Source of the DNA: an uncultured Planctomycetaceae bacterium
GTDB lineage: Bacteria; Planctomycetota; Planctomycetia; Gemmatales; Gemmataceae
DNA length: 64,000 nt
NCBI GenBank assembly: GCA_937888715.1
Contig: CALARU010000158.1
Coordinates: 22,808 to 86,807 of the forward strand
Direction of reading: 5' to 3'
The notes beneath the pieces were generated by a model. The model saw only the letters and a list, made by a program, of their open reading frames with translations, searched no databases and was not told the origin of the DNA. Made by a program: the position numbers and the translations under genes. Positions 32,935-41,775 of this stretch are shown here, piece by piece. The first letter of the stretch is position 1. Each line of letters starts with the position of its first letter.

Positions 32935-32977
32935 AAAAGGTTCATCTGAAAATCCCTGAGTCAGATGAACCTTTTTT
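32935..32977 (+). terminator. strong rho-independent terminator after fdxA, 20 nt upstream of the hemH start
   Basis: AAAAGGTTCATCTGA-(11 nt)-TCAGATGAACCTTTTTT: perfect 15-bp stem including the A/T-run pairing. Confidence 0.8.
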
Positions 32978-32997
32978 CAACTTAAATTGGAACATCC

Positions 32998-33972
32998 ATG
33001 AATCTAACTGGAATTTTAATCGTTCAGCTAGGCACACCGGACGAACCAACGGGTCCCGCTTTACGCAGATACTTAAAACAATTCTTATCAGACCCAAGGT
33101 TAATTGAGATACCAAAGTTAATATGGTGGCCAATCTTAAACCTGTTAATTCTTAATTTACGCCCAAAACAATCAGCCAAAAAATACGCCCGAGTATGGGA
33201 TGAAAAAACTGGTTCCCCATTGATGCATTTCACCCAAATGCAAACCAAATTATTGCAAGAGAAATTCCCTGGAACGCCTGTGGAATTCGGGATGCAAATT
33301 GGAAATCCTGCATTGCTCGAAACGATCAAAAAAATGGTCGCTCAAGGCATCGAAAAAATTATCGTTTTTCCCATGTATCCTCAATACTCAGCAACAACAA
33401 CCGCTTCCGCAATGGATTGCCTAGGCCAGGCACTGCAGAAAATCCGCAGAGTACCCGCCATCAGGTTTATTCCCCCGTATTACCAACACCCCGCATATAT
33501 CAAGGCATTAGCAACCATTATCCGCGAACAGGAAGCCAAACTTAGCTGGAAACCCGATCACCACTTAATCAGTTTTCATGGCATCCCGATTTCATACTGC
33601 CAGAGGGGCGATGTTTACGCGACGCATGTAAAACGAACCACATTTGCATTGGTTAAAGAGATGGGTTGGTCTCGTGATTACTGGACACAATCTTTCCAAT
33701 CCTTGTTCGGAAGAGAAGAATGGCTTAAACCTTACACCGAAGAAACCTTAAAAAAAATGGCAGCAAAGGGCATTAAAAAGGTCTTCGTAAGTACACCAGG
33801 CTTCACCTCTGATTGCTTAGAAACCATTGACGAAATTGGTCACGAAGCCAAGGAAGTGTTTCTTGAAGCTGGCGGCGAAGAACTATTCCAGTGCCCTTGC
33901 CTCAATGATCACCCCGCATGGATTGAAGCAATGAAAACCATTGTCGAAGAAGAAGGGGCCGGCTGGCTTTAA
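32998..33972 (+). CDS. hemH: ferrochelatase
   Basis: GILIVQLGTPDEPT, PMYPQYSATTT, ISFHGIP, and ETIDEI... are typical HemH motifs. 324 aa. Confidence 0.95.
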   Translation: MNLTGILIVQLGTPDEPTGPALRRYLKQFLSDPRLIEIPKLIWWPILNLLILNLRPKQSAKKYARVWDEKTGSPLMHFTQMQTKLLQEKFPGTPVEFGMQIGNPALLETIKKMVAQGIEKIIVFPMYPQYSATTTASAMDCLGQALQKIRRVPAIRFIPPYYQHPAYIKALATIIREQEAKLSWKPDHHLISFHGIPISYCQRGDVYATHVKRTTFALVKEMGWSRDYWTQSFQSLFGREEWLKPYTEETLKKMAAKGIKKVFVSTPGFTSDCLETIDEIGHEAKEVFLEAGGEELFQCPCLNDHPAWIEAMKTIVEEEGAGWL

Positions 33973-34191
33973 AATAGTTAAACCTTAGGGATTATTTCGA
34001 CACTTAGGGTCATGCCCCTTGTAATTGTTGTTACGCAGTGCTTTGATTCATTAACGAAATATTAATCCATCTTCCTGATTAGCAAACAACAACCATTCCG
34101 ATAAGAATAGTGTCAGGGAGAACACCGAAGAGCACCTTGAAAGATTCTCACCCCACTTGTTTGAGTTTCGGCTTTTTGTTCTCTTGATTTG

Positions 34192-34230
34192 AAGTACGGC
34201 AGCGCATGGCAGCACTGCCGTACTTTTTTT
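34192..34230 (+). terminator. rho-independent terminator (plus-strand polarity) ending a 258-nt ORF-free segment
   Basis: AAGTACGGCAG-(12 nt)-CTGCCGTACTT followed by T-run TTTTTTT (34224..34230). The minus-strand tail is weak (UUCAAAUCAA). Confidence 0.75.
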
Positions 34231-34975
34231 ATTTCACCTTCAAAACCGCTTTAAATCTGCTAGTCAAGTTGGCAACACGAATAAGCTCATCGATAGGGTT
34301 CGGATGATCATCAACCCTGAAGTCCAACCATCGGTCGCCTAAGGAATTAGGCCCACCATTTGGTTTTACCACTAAAAGAGCAGCGGATTGTTTCCCGCGC
34401 TTGTCGCCCCCCGCTTTTTCACCCGCTGCCAAGGAAAAAAGAAGCCTGACCCCCAACGAACCTTTAGTTTCTTCAAACCCTTTCGCCATAGAATCCAGCA
34501 CCTCGGGGCCGGTTAGTAGATTACCTTGGCATGTATAATTTTTCCCTGCTTTAGCCCCAGCCCACGGGTTACACTTTGCACCCGTGTAATTTGCCGTCAT
34601 GCCATTCTTATCAACAACACCTATCTGCCTGATTTCACGGCCTGCATCAGCTTTTATCAGTTCATCAAGAGTTTCCTTGGCGTTTTTCCCTTTACCCATT
34701 AGTTCAAGTGCGGCATTACCCAAAAGAACATTCACGCTTGCCTGAGTTGCAACTGCCCCTACCCCGGCTTTGGCCCATGAAACCGCACTGCCAACTGCAA
34801 GGTATTTGGATGCAACTGCGATGCCCCACTCGTTAGTTGCTGGATCAAATGCAACTATCGAAAACGTATTGCAGGTAGTGCGATCGTCGGCAGTTTGAGC
34901 CAGAAAATCAACTTCAGCAAGCAGATAAGCCAATGGGATAAAAAAGAAAGTGATGGTAAAGATAAACTTTTTCAT
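34229..34975 (-). CDS. DUF1028 family (Ntn-hydrolase-like) protein, secreted
   Basis: Signal peptide MKKFIFTITFFFIPLAYLLA, followed by TFSIVAFDPATNEWGIAVASKYLAVGS, characteristic of DUF1028. Confidence 0.85.
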   Translation of the reverse strand: MKKFIFTITFFFIPLAYLLAEVDFLAQTADDRTTCNTFSIVAFDPATNEWGIAVASKYLAVGSAVSWAKAGVGAVATQASVNVLLGNAALELMGKGKNAKETLDELIKADAGREIRQIGVVDKNGMTANYTGAKCNPWAGAKAGKNYTCQGNLLTGPEVLDSMAKGFEETKGSLGVRLLFSLAAGEKAGGDKRGKQSAALLVVKPNGGPNSLGDRWLDFRVDDHPNPIDELIRVANLTSRFKAVLKVK

Positions 34976-35056
34976 AATTATAATTCCTTCTTAAAGGGAA
35001 CAAGTATAAATAACTAAAGTAAGAAAGAATTTTACCAACAGAAAAAGTATGATGCC

Positions 35057-35374
35057 ATGAAAGAATATATTCTTGTTACCGTGTGTTCAAAAAAAGAGGA
35101 AAGCGAAAATACCTTTTCTCAAAGATTGAGCCTATTTTGGACCCAAATGCTAAGGCAAAACCTAGAAGAATTCGAAAAAGTATATGCGGAATGCAGTGAA
35201 TTTGAAAATCATGCAGGAATCCTGGGCCGAAAGTACGCCATCTTGCCAGAACTTGCTAACCCCCTCAAAACCAAACTGCTTAACGAAGGACTCGATGTCT
35301 TGGACATTGATACCGATGACTTTTACTCCCCCTATGAAATCACTGCCCCAGATTGGATGCAAATCGAACACTAG
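35057..35374 (+). CDS. hypothetical small acidic protein
   Basis: 105-aa ORF with an ATG start, filling the gap upstream of lpxB on the same strand. No family recognised. Confidence 0.45.
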   Translation: MKEYILVTVCSKKEESENTFSQRLSLFWTQMLRQNLEEFEKVYAECSEFENHAGILGRKYAILPELANPLKTKLLNEGLDVLDIDTDDFYSPYEITAPDWMQIEH

Positions 35375-35468
35375 GATTTTTACCCTCGGGGAACCTCTCT
35401 TGCCCAAATTGCTGCAAAATCATTATTCTTGTGCTGGAGTATTTTTCTCCTGAACAAGAGCGGAAGTT

Positions 35469-36623
35469 ATGAAGATTTTTATAAGTGCCGGCGAACCGAG
35501 CGGTGATTTGCATGGCAGCAATCTAGCCAAAGCACTGTTAGTCCACAACCCGGCCATCGAATTATTTGGGTTTGGTGGCAGCAAGATGCAAGAAGCAAAC
35601 TGCAAGCTAATTTATCCATTGGCAGATTTTGCAGTGATGGGGCTGTACCAATCGTTGAAAGCCTACCCACAATTCAAAAAAATCCTGCAACTAGCAATTG
35701 ATCATTTTGTGCGATGTAAGCCAGATGTGTTAGTACTAATTGATTACCCAGGATTTCACTGGCATCTTGCTGCTGCTGCCAAAAAGCTAGGCATACCAGT
35801 CATCTATTTTGTACCACCGCAAATATGGGCATGGGCCTCCTGGCGAGTGAAAAAGATGCGCAGGCTTACCGACCTCGTACTCTGCAATTTTCCCTTTGAA
35901 GAAACATGGTTTAAACAGAACAATGTTCCAGCCAAGCTTATAGGTCACCCGTTTTACGATCAGATTCTAAATCAAAAACTTGATGAAGAATTTATAGCAG
36001 GAGAAAAATCAAAACCGGGATTGCCCATAGGGCTTCTTCCCGGTTCACGAAACCAAGAAGTTGCGATGAATTTCGAAACCCTATTTAGGGCAGCAACACT
36101 CCTTAACAAACAACATCCGGAAACAAGATTTCTGGTTGCGGCATTTTCTGAAGCCCACAAAACAACCATTCTCGATAAAATTAAAAACACCAATCTCCCA
36201 ATCGAAGTTCACACACAAAAAACACCCGAAATCATGAACATGGCTTATGCCTGCGCCTCGGTCTCCGGATCAGTAAGCCTAGAACTCCTAGGCGCACAAA
36301 CCCCTTCCGTGATTATTTTTCAAACATCGCCTCTGATGTCGATTGCTGCCCGCGTACTTAAACATACGCCCTACATCACCCTAGTGAATTTGCTGGCTGG
36401 GAAAGAGCTTTTTCCTGAGCGATTTGGCTATTATTGCAGTTCAAAGTGGGTGTTCAATCAACTAAGTGAATGGGTAAAACACCCCGAGAAACACAATGCA
36501 TTGGTACAAGAGTTAGGCGCATTAAAGGCGTCAACCATTTCTGCAGGCGCATCCAAAAAAGGTGCAATTGAAATCATTAACTTTATTGAAAACAAAAAAG
36601 CTCAGGCAGCAAGTGCTGCCTGA
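35469..36623 (+). CDS. lpxB: lipid-A-disaccharide synthase
   Basis: KIFISAGEPSGDLHGSNLAKAL N-terminus, LIDYPGFH, GLLPGSR, SGSVSLEL. Confidence 0.93.
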   Translation: MKIFISAGEPSGDLHGSNLAKALLVHNPAIELFGFGGSKMQEANCKLIYPLADFAVMGLYQSLKAYPQFKKILQLAIDHFVRCKPDVLVLIDYPGFHWHLAAAAKKLGIPVIYFVPPQIWAWASWRVKKMRRLTDLVLCNFPFEETWFKQNNVPAKLIGHPFYDQILNQKLDEEFIAGEKSKPGLPIGLLPGSRNQEVAMNFETLFRAATLLNKQHPETRFLVAAFSEAHKTTILDKIKNTNLPIEVHTQKTPEIMNMAYACASVSGSVSLELLGAQTPSVIIFQTSPLMSIAARVLKHTPYITLVNLLAGKELFPERFGYYCSSKWVFNQLSEWVKHPEKHNALVQELGALKASTISAGASKKGAIEIINFIENKKAQAASAA

Positions 36624-36626
36624 GCT
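36599..36626 (-). terminator. hairpin terminator for the minus-strand barrel gene, embedded in the last codons of lpxB
   Basis: AGCTCAGGCAGC-AAGT-GCTGCCTGAGCT: perfect 12-bp stem. On the minus strand it is followed by TTTTTTGTTTTC. Confidence 0.7.
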
Positions 36627-36645
36627 TAAATATTTGAAAACCTAA

Positions 36646-37521
36646 TTAGAATTGAATCCCACCGTTATAAAGCAAAGAAATATTAGATAAATCGCTGTTA
36701 TTCTGGCTTTGCAAAACACCATTCCAAATGTAATCCCACTCCAACCTGAGACCTGCAATCAAATTGACCTTTCCAAAAGGTATTTGCAAATCAGAATGGA
36801 TCGAAAGAAATACAGCACCAACAGTGTCTTTCAAGTTTGGGAAACCAACAAATTCAGTTTTTGCAGAACCATATCTACCACCAACATCGCCACCAATTCG
36901 CCAAGAATTATCTTTATTAAACGCATCGCCTCGGAGGTAATATTCTTTCCCACCCGACAAGTTAACAAAAGTCGTATTCAAAGAGATAATACCAACTACA
37001 GGATTAAGTGTGATTGATCTATTAACACCGATGCCAAATTCGCCACTGCGATCAAGATAAGGAAGGTTGAAAAGTTGAATATTCTCTTCTCGATTATTGC
37101 TGTTGTAATGTGTGTTTGAAATACCAAGATCAACAACCCAAGCTTGATCAGCTTCTGCATTGAAGAAGAGCGAGCGAGCACCACCGCTAATATTCCAACC
37201 CGTCTGCAATACATTATTAAAAGTACCACCGCCCACGGTAAATTCTGGCCCTGTCCTAAAATAGGTTTCAAGAAGAATGGGCCCGGATTTGCATTTTCCT
37301 GTTGGGCCACAACAACCGGCGTCTCTTGGATATAAAATCCATTCCGAGAGGGTTGCCCGAGTCGGATTTATGGTCGTACCTTGATTATCAGAATCATTCA
37401 AGGTCCCAATGGAACTTGGAGTTACAGTGCCATATCCCGCTGAAGGATCTTGCCCCCAACTTCGATTTCCAAGTATTCCAAGAATTCCCAAACTCAAAAA
37501 CAAAATCTTCAATGCTTTCAT
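36646..37521 (-). CDS. putative outer-membrane beta-barrel protein, possibly BBP7-like porin family
   Basis: ATG at 37521 preceded by GAGG. Signal peptide MKALKILFLSLGILGILG. Alternating amphipathic strands with Gly/Asn/Ser-rich turns and a C-terminal ...LLYNGGIQF (terminal Phe). Confidence 0.6.
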   Translation of the reverse strand: MKALKILFLSLGILGILGNRSWGQDPSAGYGTVTPSSIGTLNDSDNQGTTINPTRATLSEWILYPRDAGCCGPTGKCKSGPILLETYFRTGPEFTVGGGTFNNVLQTGWNISGGARSLFFNAEADQAWVVDLGISNTHYNSNNREENIQLFNLPYLDRSGEFGIGVNRSITLNPVVGIISLNTTFVNLSGGKEYYLRGDAFNKDNSWRIGGDVGGRYGSAKTEFVGFPNLKDTVGAVFLSIHSDLQIPFGKVNLIAGLRLEWDYIWNGVLQSQNNSDLSNISLLYNGGIQF

Positions 37522-37903
37522 TCCAACCTCGCGACTAGAAGCGACGAGAAACTTCAGTGCTTGGCTCAATCCAAACTCCTGAAACTTAATCACTACACTT
37601 GAACACCTAAAGCCTTTTAAAGACAAAAAAGTATCCAATAATTCATCGGATTATATTTGGGAAGAATTTAACAAGAATGCCGCTTGTGATGAAAATAAAG
37701 CTTTTGAGGCTTATAAGCAATAAGATGGGCAACTAGAAGAGGACGCATACTACCCATCTTTGCATAGCTTTAGTCGATGCACCTGTTTATCGCGTTTGTT
37801 TAAAAAAATGCAAAGCCCCACAAGATTTCAAATAGTTGATTGCCCTCGCCCAAGTTTTCAAAGATAATTTGTCTACCCGAAAAAACTAAATGGAGGCTTT
37901 AAA

Positions 37904-39793
37904 ATGTTAATCTGGAAAATGCATCCCCTGCCCTTAGCTATTTTAACCTTTGCTTTGTTTAATCTAAATCAACTCAGGGCGGGCCAATCCAACAGCCTTA
38001 TGGATGTTTCGCAGGATGGGAAAAGAATTGCGGTTGCGAATACCGACAGTGGAACCGTAACCGTATTTGATGTTCAATCGAGATCCCCCCTTGCGGAAAT
38101 CCCCGTTGGAACAAAACCCGAAGGTGTCACATGGATAGGGAAAAGCCCCCTACTTGCAGTAACGCTTTATTCAGAAGACAAAGTCGTGATTATTGATTGC
38201 GACAAATTATCCGTGATAAAAACCATCACCACTGAAGATGAACCCTACGGGATAGTTTCCACCATGGACGGTAAAAAACTTTATGTTACCCATGAATACC
38301 CCGGGAAGATTTCTGAAATCAATACTGCAGACTTCAAGGTAACTCAAGTTTTTAATGCAGGAAAAATGACCCGTGGAATAGCCTTATCCCCTGATGAAAA
38401 GTACTTATTTGTAACCGAATTTTATACCGCCTCTGTCAATAAGCTGGATGCTGCAACAGGCAAAATGATGGACCAATGGAAAGGAAGGGATGATGACAAT
38501 TTTGCCCGCCAAATCACCGCTCACCCCACCAGGCCCAAAGTTTATTATCCCCACATTCGTTCTAGAACCCACATCATTGATGCGGATGGCTCTATTTTTC
38601 CTGAATTTACTATTTGCGACACTTCTGGTTTGCCAGACAAAACAAGACGCATGACGGTTGCAATGGACACATTCAATGGAGTCTATGTAGTTGCAACACC
38701 TTGGGAAACAGCCGTTTCTCCTGATGGAAAAACCATTTATATCATCTACTCTGGCACGAATGATATGAATATCTGCAAAGTCATGGATGATGATTATTCC
38801 GAAATTCAGAGAGTGGGAACTGCAATAAGACTTGGAGTAAACCCCCGAGCCATCCGTGTGAACCCTAATGGCAAAGAAGTTTATGTTTACAATGCGTTGC
38901 AATTCGATGTAACCATTCATGACCCAACCACCATGACAAAACTGGCAAGCATGAAATCTTGCGACCCGCCGAAAAGCCCGGAGTGGGTACGAGGCAAAAT
39001 TCTTTTTGCAACTTCACTTTCCCCCATGACTTCCCGCAGATGGGTTGCATGCTTCTCATGCCATCCCGATGGCAATTCTGATGGCAGAATTTGGGAGAAC
39101 CCCGAAGGATTACGAAAAACTCCACCCATGGCGGGGTTGGCCCACACACACCCGTTGCATTGGTCAGCAGATCGGGATGAAGTTCAAGATTTTGAATACA
39201 CGATTCGAGGCAAGTTGATGCGTGGGTACGGCCTTACTAAAGGGGCGCTCACTCCTAAAAACGGGTTTGAAAAAACCGAACTCAAGGAGAAACTTTCGGA
39301 AAAATCTGCAGACCTTGATGCGCTTGCAATTTACACCAACTCTTTTGGTTTTACTCTTTCGCCACATATCGAAGCCCCGGGCAAGCTTTCGAAACAAGCC
39401 GAACGCGGCAAGGCTTTGTTCTTTAACAATCAAGTAGCCTGCGCTTCATGCCATTCTGGCCCCTATTATTCTGACAGCCAACTTGGGGCCAAAGGAAAAG
39501 TTCATGATGTGGGAACAGGCAACGATGACCCATCTGAAAAAATGGGGCCTCAGTATGATACCCCAACTTTGCTAGGGCTTTATCGCAATGCGCCCTACCT
39601 TCACCATGGCAAAGCCAAAACCCTGATGGAAGTGCTAACAACCCAGAATTTAAAAGACAAGCATGGCAAAACGAGCCATCTTTCAACTTCAGAGAAAGAA
39701 GATTTAGTAGAATTTCTTAAGGCGTTGCCTTATGAGATGCCTCCTGATGAAACGCCTAATACCGTCAAGTTTCGATTAACACCTAAAAAGTAA
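37904..39793 (+). CDS. YVTN-type beta-propeller fused to a di-haem cytochrome c peroxidase/MauG-like domain, secreted
   Basis: GGAGG RBS and a signal peptide. YVTN-like blades: KLYVTHEYPGKISEI, YLFVTEFYTASVNKL, TIYIIYSGTND, EVYVYNALQFDVTIHD. Two CxxCH motifs: CFSCH (39050..39064) and CASCH (39440..39454), the latter followed by SGPYYSD. Confidence 0.85.
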   Translation: MLIWKMHPLPLAILTFALFNLNQLRAGQSNSLMDVSQDGKRIAVANTDSGTVTVFDVQSRSPLAEIPVGTKPEGVTWIGKSPLLAVTLYSEDKVVIIDCDKLSVIKTITTEDEPYGIVSTMDGKKLYVTHEYPGKISEINTADFKVTQVFNAGKMTRGIALSPDEKYLFVTEFYTASVNKLDAATGKMMDQWKGRDDDNFARQITAHPTRPKVYYPHIRSRTHIIDADGSIFPEFTICDTSGLPDKTRRMTVAMDTFNGVYVVATPWETAVSPDGKTIYIIYSGTNDMNICKVMDDDYSEIQRVGTAIRLGVNPRAIRVNPNGKEVYVYNALQFDVTIHDPTTMTKLASMKSCDPPKSPEWVRGKILFATSLSPMTSRRWVACFSCHPDGNSDGRIWENPEGLRKTPPMAGLAHTHPLHWSADRDEVQDFEYTIRGKLMRGYGLTKGALTPKNGFEKTELKEKLSEKSADLDALAIYTNSFGFTLSPHIEAPGKLSKQAERGKALFFNNQVACASCHSGPYYSDSQLGAKGKVHDVGTGNDDPSEKMGPQYDTPTLLGLYRNAPYLHHGKAKTLMEVLTTQNLKDKHGKTSHLSTSEKEDLVEFLKALPYEMPPDETPNTVKFRLTPKK

Positions 39794-39808
39794 GATGGAG
39801 CGATTCGA

Positions 39809-40591
39809 TTGAGTAATGATTTAAAATCCCGGTACGATGCGGGAATAGAGCTTGCCCAAAAGGCGGCAAAAATTGCGATGGGCTACTACGAAACCGCCCT
39901 CGAAATTGAATGGAAAAACGATGAAAGCCCGGTCACCGTCGCAGACAGAGAGGCTGAGAAATTCCTGCGCTCCTCCCTCAATAAATATTTTAAACACGAT
40001 GGGTTTCTAGGCGAAGAGTATGACGATGAACCGGGCGATTCTGGTTATCGCTGGATAATCGACCCCATCGATGGCACCCGAAATTTCGTTCGCGGGATAC
40101 CGATTTGGGCCACACTTTTGGGCCTCGAATATAAGGGCGAAATGCTGGCAGGCATTACCGTGGCCCCCGGGCTTAATCAAACCTATCGGGCTCTTAGAGG
40201 CGATGGCGCTTTTCGCAATGACATCAAAATCAATGTCTCAACCATCAACTCTTTGGGCGCTTCTCAACTCTTTTACTCCAGCATTTCCTGGTTTGTTAAA
40301 GCTGGAATGGAAAAAGAATTCCTTGCACTTGCGAGTGCAACAGAAAAGCAGCGGGGCTTTGGCGATTTCTATGGCTTCGTTCTTGTAGCCCAAGGCGCTG
40401 GAGAAATAATGATTGAACACGGCGTTCATGCCTGGGATGTTGCTTCTATCATTCCACTCATCGAGGAAGCAGGCGGCAAATTTTCCGACTGGAAAGGCAA
40501 TAAATCCATCTATGCACCCGATGTATTGGTAACTAACGGCATACTTCACCAGCAAATTCTTGACAGACTTGCCAACAAAGTTCAAAGGTAA
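39809..40591 (+). CDS. inositol monophosphatase family protein, possibly HisN-type histidinol-phosphatase
   Basis: TTG start with GGAG 8 nt upstream. IMPase motifs: GEE, WIIDPIDGTRNFVRGIPIWATLLGL, WD. The HisN assignment is a guess from the motif context. Confidence 0.82.
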   Translation: MSNDLKSRYDAGIELAQKAAKIAMGYYETALEIEWKNDESPVTVADREAEKFLRSSLNKYFKHDGFLGEEYDDEPGDSGYRWIIDPIDGTRNFVRGIPIWATLLGLEYKGEMLAGITVAPGLNQTYRALRGDGAFRNDIKINVSTINSLGASQLFYSSISWFVKAGMEKEFLALASATEKQRGFGDFYGFVLVAQGAGEIMIEHGVHAWDVASIIPLIEEAGGKFSDWKGNKSIYAPDVLVTNGILHQQILDRLANKVQR

Positions 40592-40596
40592 GGAAC

Positions 40597-41649
40597 ATGA
40601 AGAATTACAGCATCCCGAGATCCATGGAATGGATTGGCGGCATCGATGGGCACCTTCGTCTTTTAGACCAAACACTTCTACCGATTGATGTTTGTTTCCT
40701 TGATTGCATGGATATCACCACGGTTCACGAAGCGATTCGAAGCCTACGGGTAAGAGGCGCACCTGCGATTGGAATCACTGCAGCAATGGGGGTTTTAGTT
40801 GGGCTGAAAAATATTCCTTCCGGGACTTCCCTTAAAAAGCACTACGAAGATACTGACAGTTACCTACGCACCAGCAGGCCAACAGCGGTAAATCTTTTCT
40901 GGGCTCTCGATCGGATGAAAAGAAAATTCATCGAAATAGCAGATTTGCCCGATCAACGAAACATCCTTTCCATTTTGCTTGATGAAGCACTCTTGATTGA
41001 AAAAGAAGACCGCGCAATGTGTCAATCTATTGGCAAGATTGGAGCAAATCTCGTCCAAGATGGATTTGGCATTCTCACCCATTGTAACACCGGTGGCCTT
41101 GCAACGGCTGCGTATGGCACAGCTTTATCTGTTATTTTTACTGCTTACGAGCAAGGCAAATCCATCCATGTTTTCTGCGATGAAACTAGGCCGCTCATGC
41201 AAGGCGCGCGTCTCACTTCTTGGGAATTATTACAAGCTGGGATTCCTGCTACTCTTATTTGCGACAGCATGGCTGCACAAGTCATGAAAGAAGGCAAAAT
41301 CAACATGGTAATTGTCGGGGCGGATCGTATCGCAGCCAATGGCGATTCCGCAAACAAGATTGGAACTTACGGGCTTTCTGTTCTTGCTCATGCTCACAAA
41401 ATACCTTTTTATGTAGCTGCCCCATCAAGTACCTTTGATCTCACTTTAAAAGATGGTTCAGGAATTCCGATTGAACAACGAAACCCTAGGGAAATCACCG
41501 AACCCTTCGGCAAACAGGTTGCTCCCACGGGTGTTTCAGTTTACAATCCAGCCTTTGATGTAAGCCCTGCCCATTTGATTACGGGCATCATTACTGAAAA
41601 ATCGCTAATAACCCCGGTTAATGCCAAAAACATTAAAAACTCCCTTTGA
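40597..41649 (+). CDS. mtnA: S-methyl-5-thioribose-1-phosphate isomerase
   Basis: LRLLDQTLLP, VRGAPAIG, RPTAVNLFWA, THCNTGGLAT, ETRPLMQGARLT, VGADRIAANGDSANKIGTY. Confidence 0.93.
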   Translation: MKNYSIPRSMEWIGGIDGHLRLLDQTLLPIDVCFLDCMDITTVHEAIRSLRVRGAPAIGITAAMGVLVGLKNIPSGTSLKKHYEDTDSYLRTSRPTAVNLFWALDRMKRKFIEIADLPDQRNILSILLDEALLIEKEDRAMCQSIGKIGANLVQDGFGILTHCNTGGLATAAYGTALSVIFTAYEQGKSIHVFCDETRPLMQGARLTSWELLQAGIPATLICDSMAAQVMKEGKINMVIVGADRIAANGDSANKIGTYGLSVLAHAHKIPFYVAAPSSTFDLTLKDGSGIPIEQRNPREITEPFGKQVAPTGVSVYNPAFDVSPAHLITGIITEKSLITPVNAKNIKNSL

Positions 41650-41775
41650 ATTGGTAGTGTTTAAACAAGTGTAAAAACCAACTTGGAATTGGCCTTAAAC
41701 TCTATTACAATGATTCTAGTGCTGTGATTGTGATCCATGTGGATATTTACCTACCCGTAGCTTTAAGGAACTAAC

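Noticed and set aside
37904-39793. Calling the propeller/di-haem protein a hydrazine synthase (anammox) subunit.
   Set aside because: Only the general domain logic is shared. There is no HZS-alpha-like gene, hydrazine dehydrogenase or other anammox gene nearby. The haem-motif context (CxxCH...GPxxxD) fits ordinary CCP/MauG enzymes.
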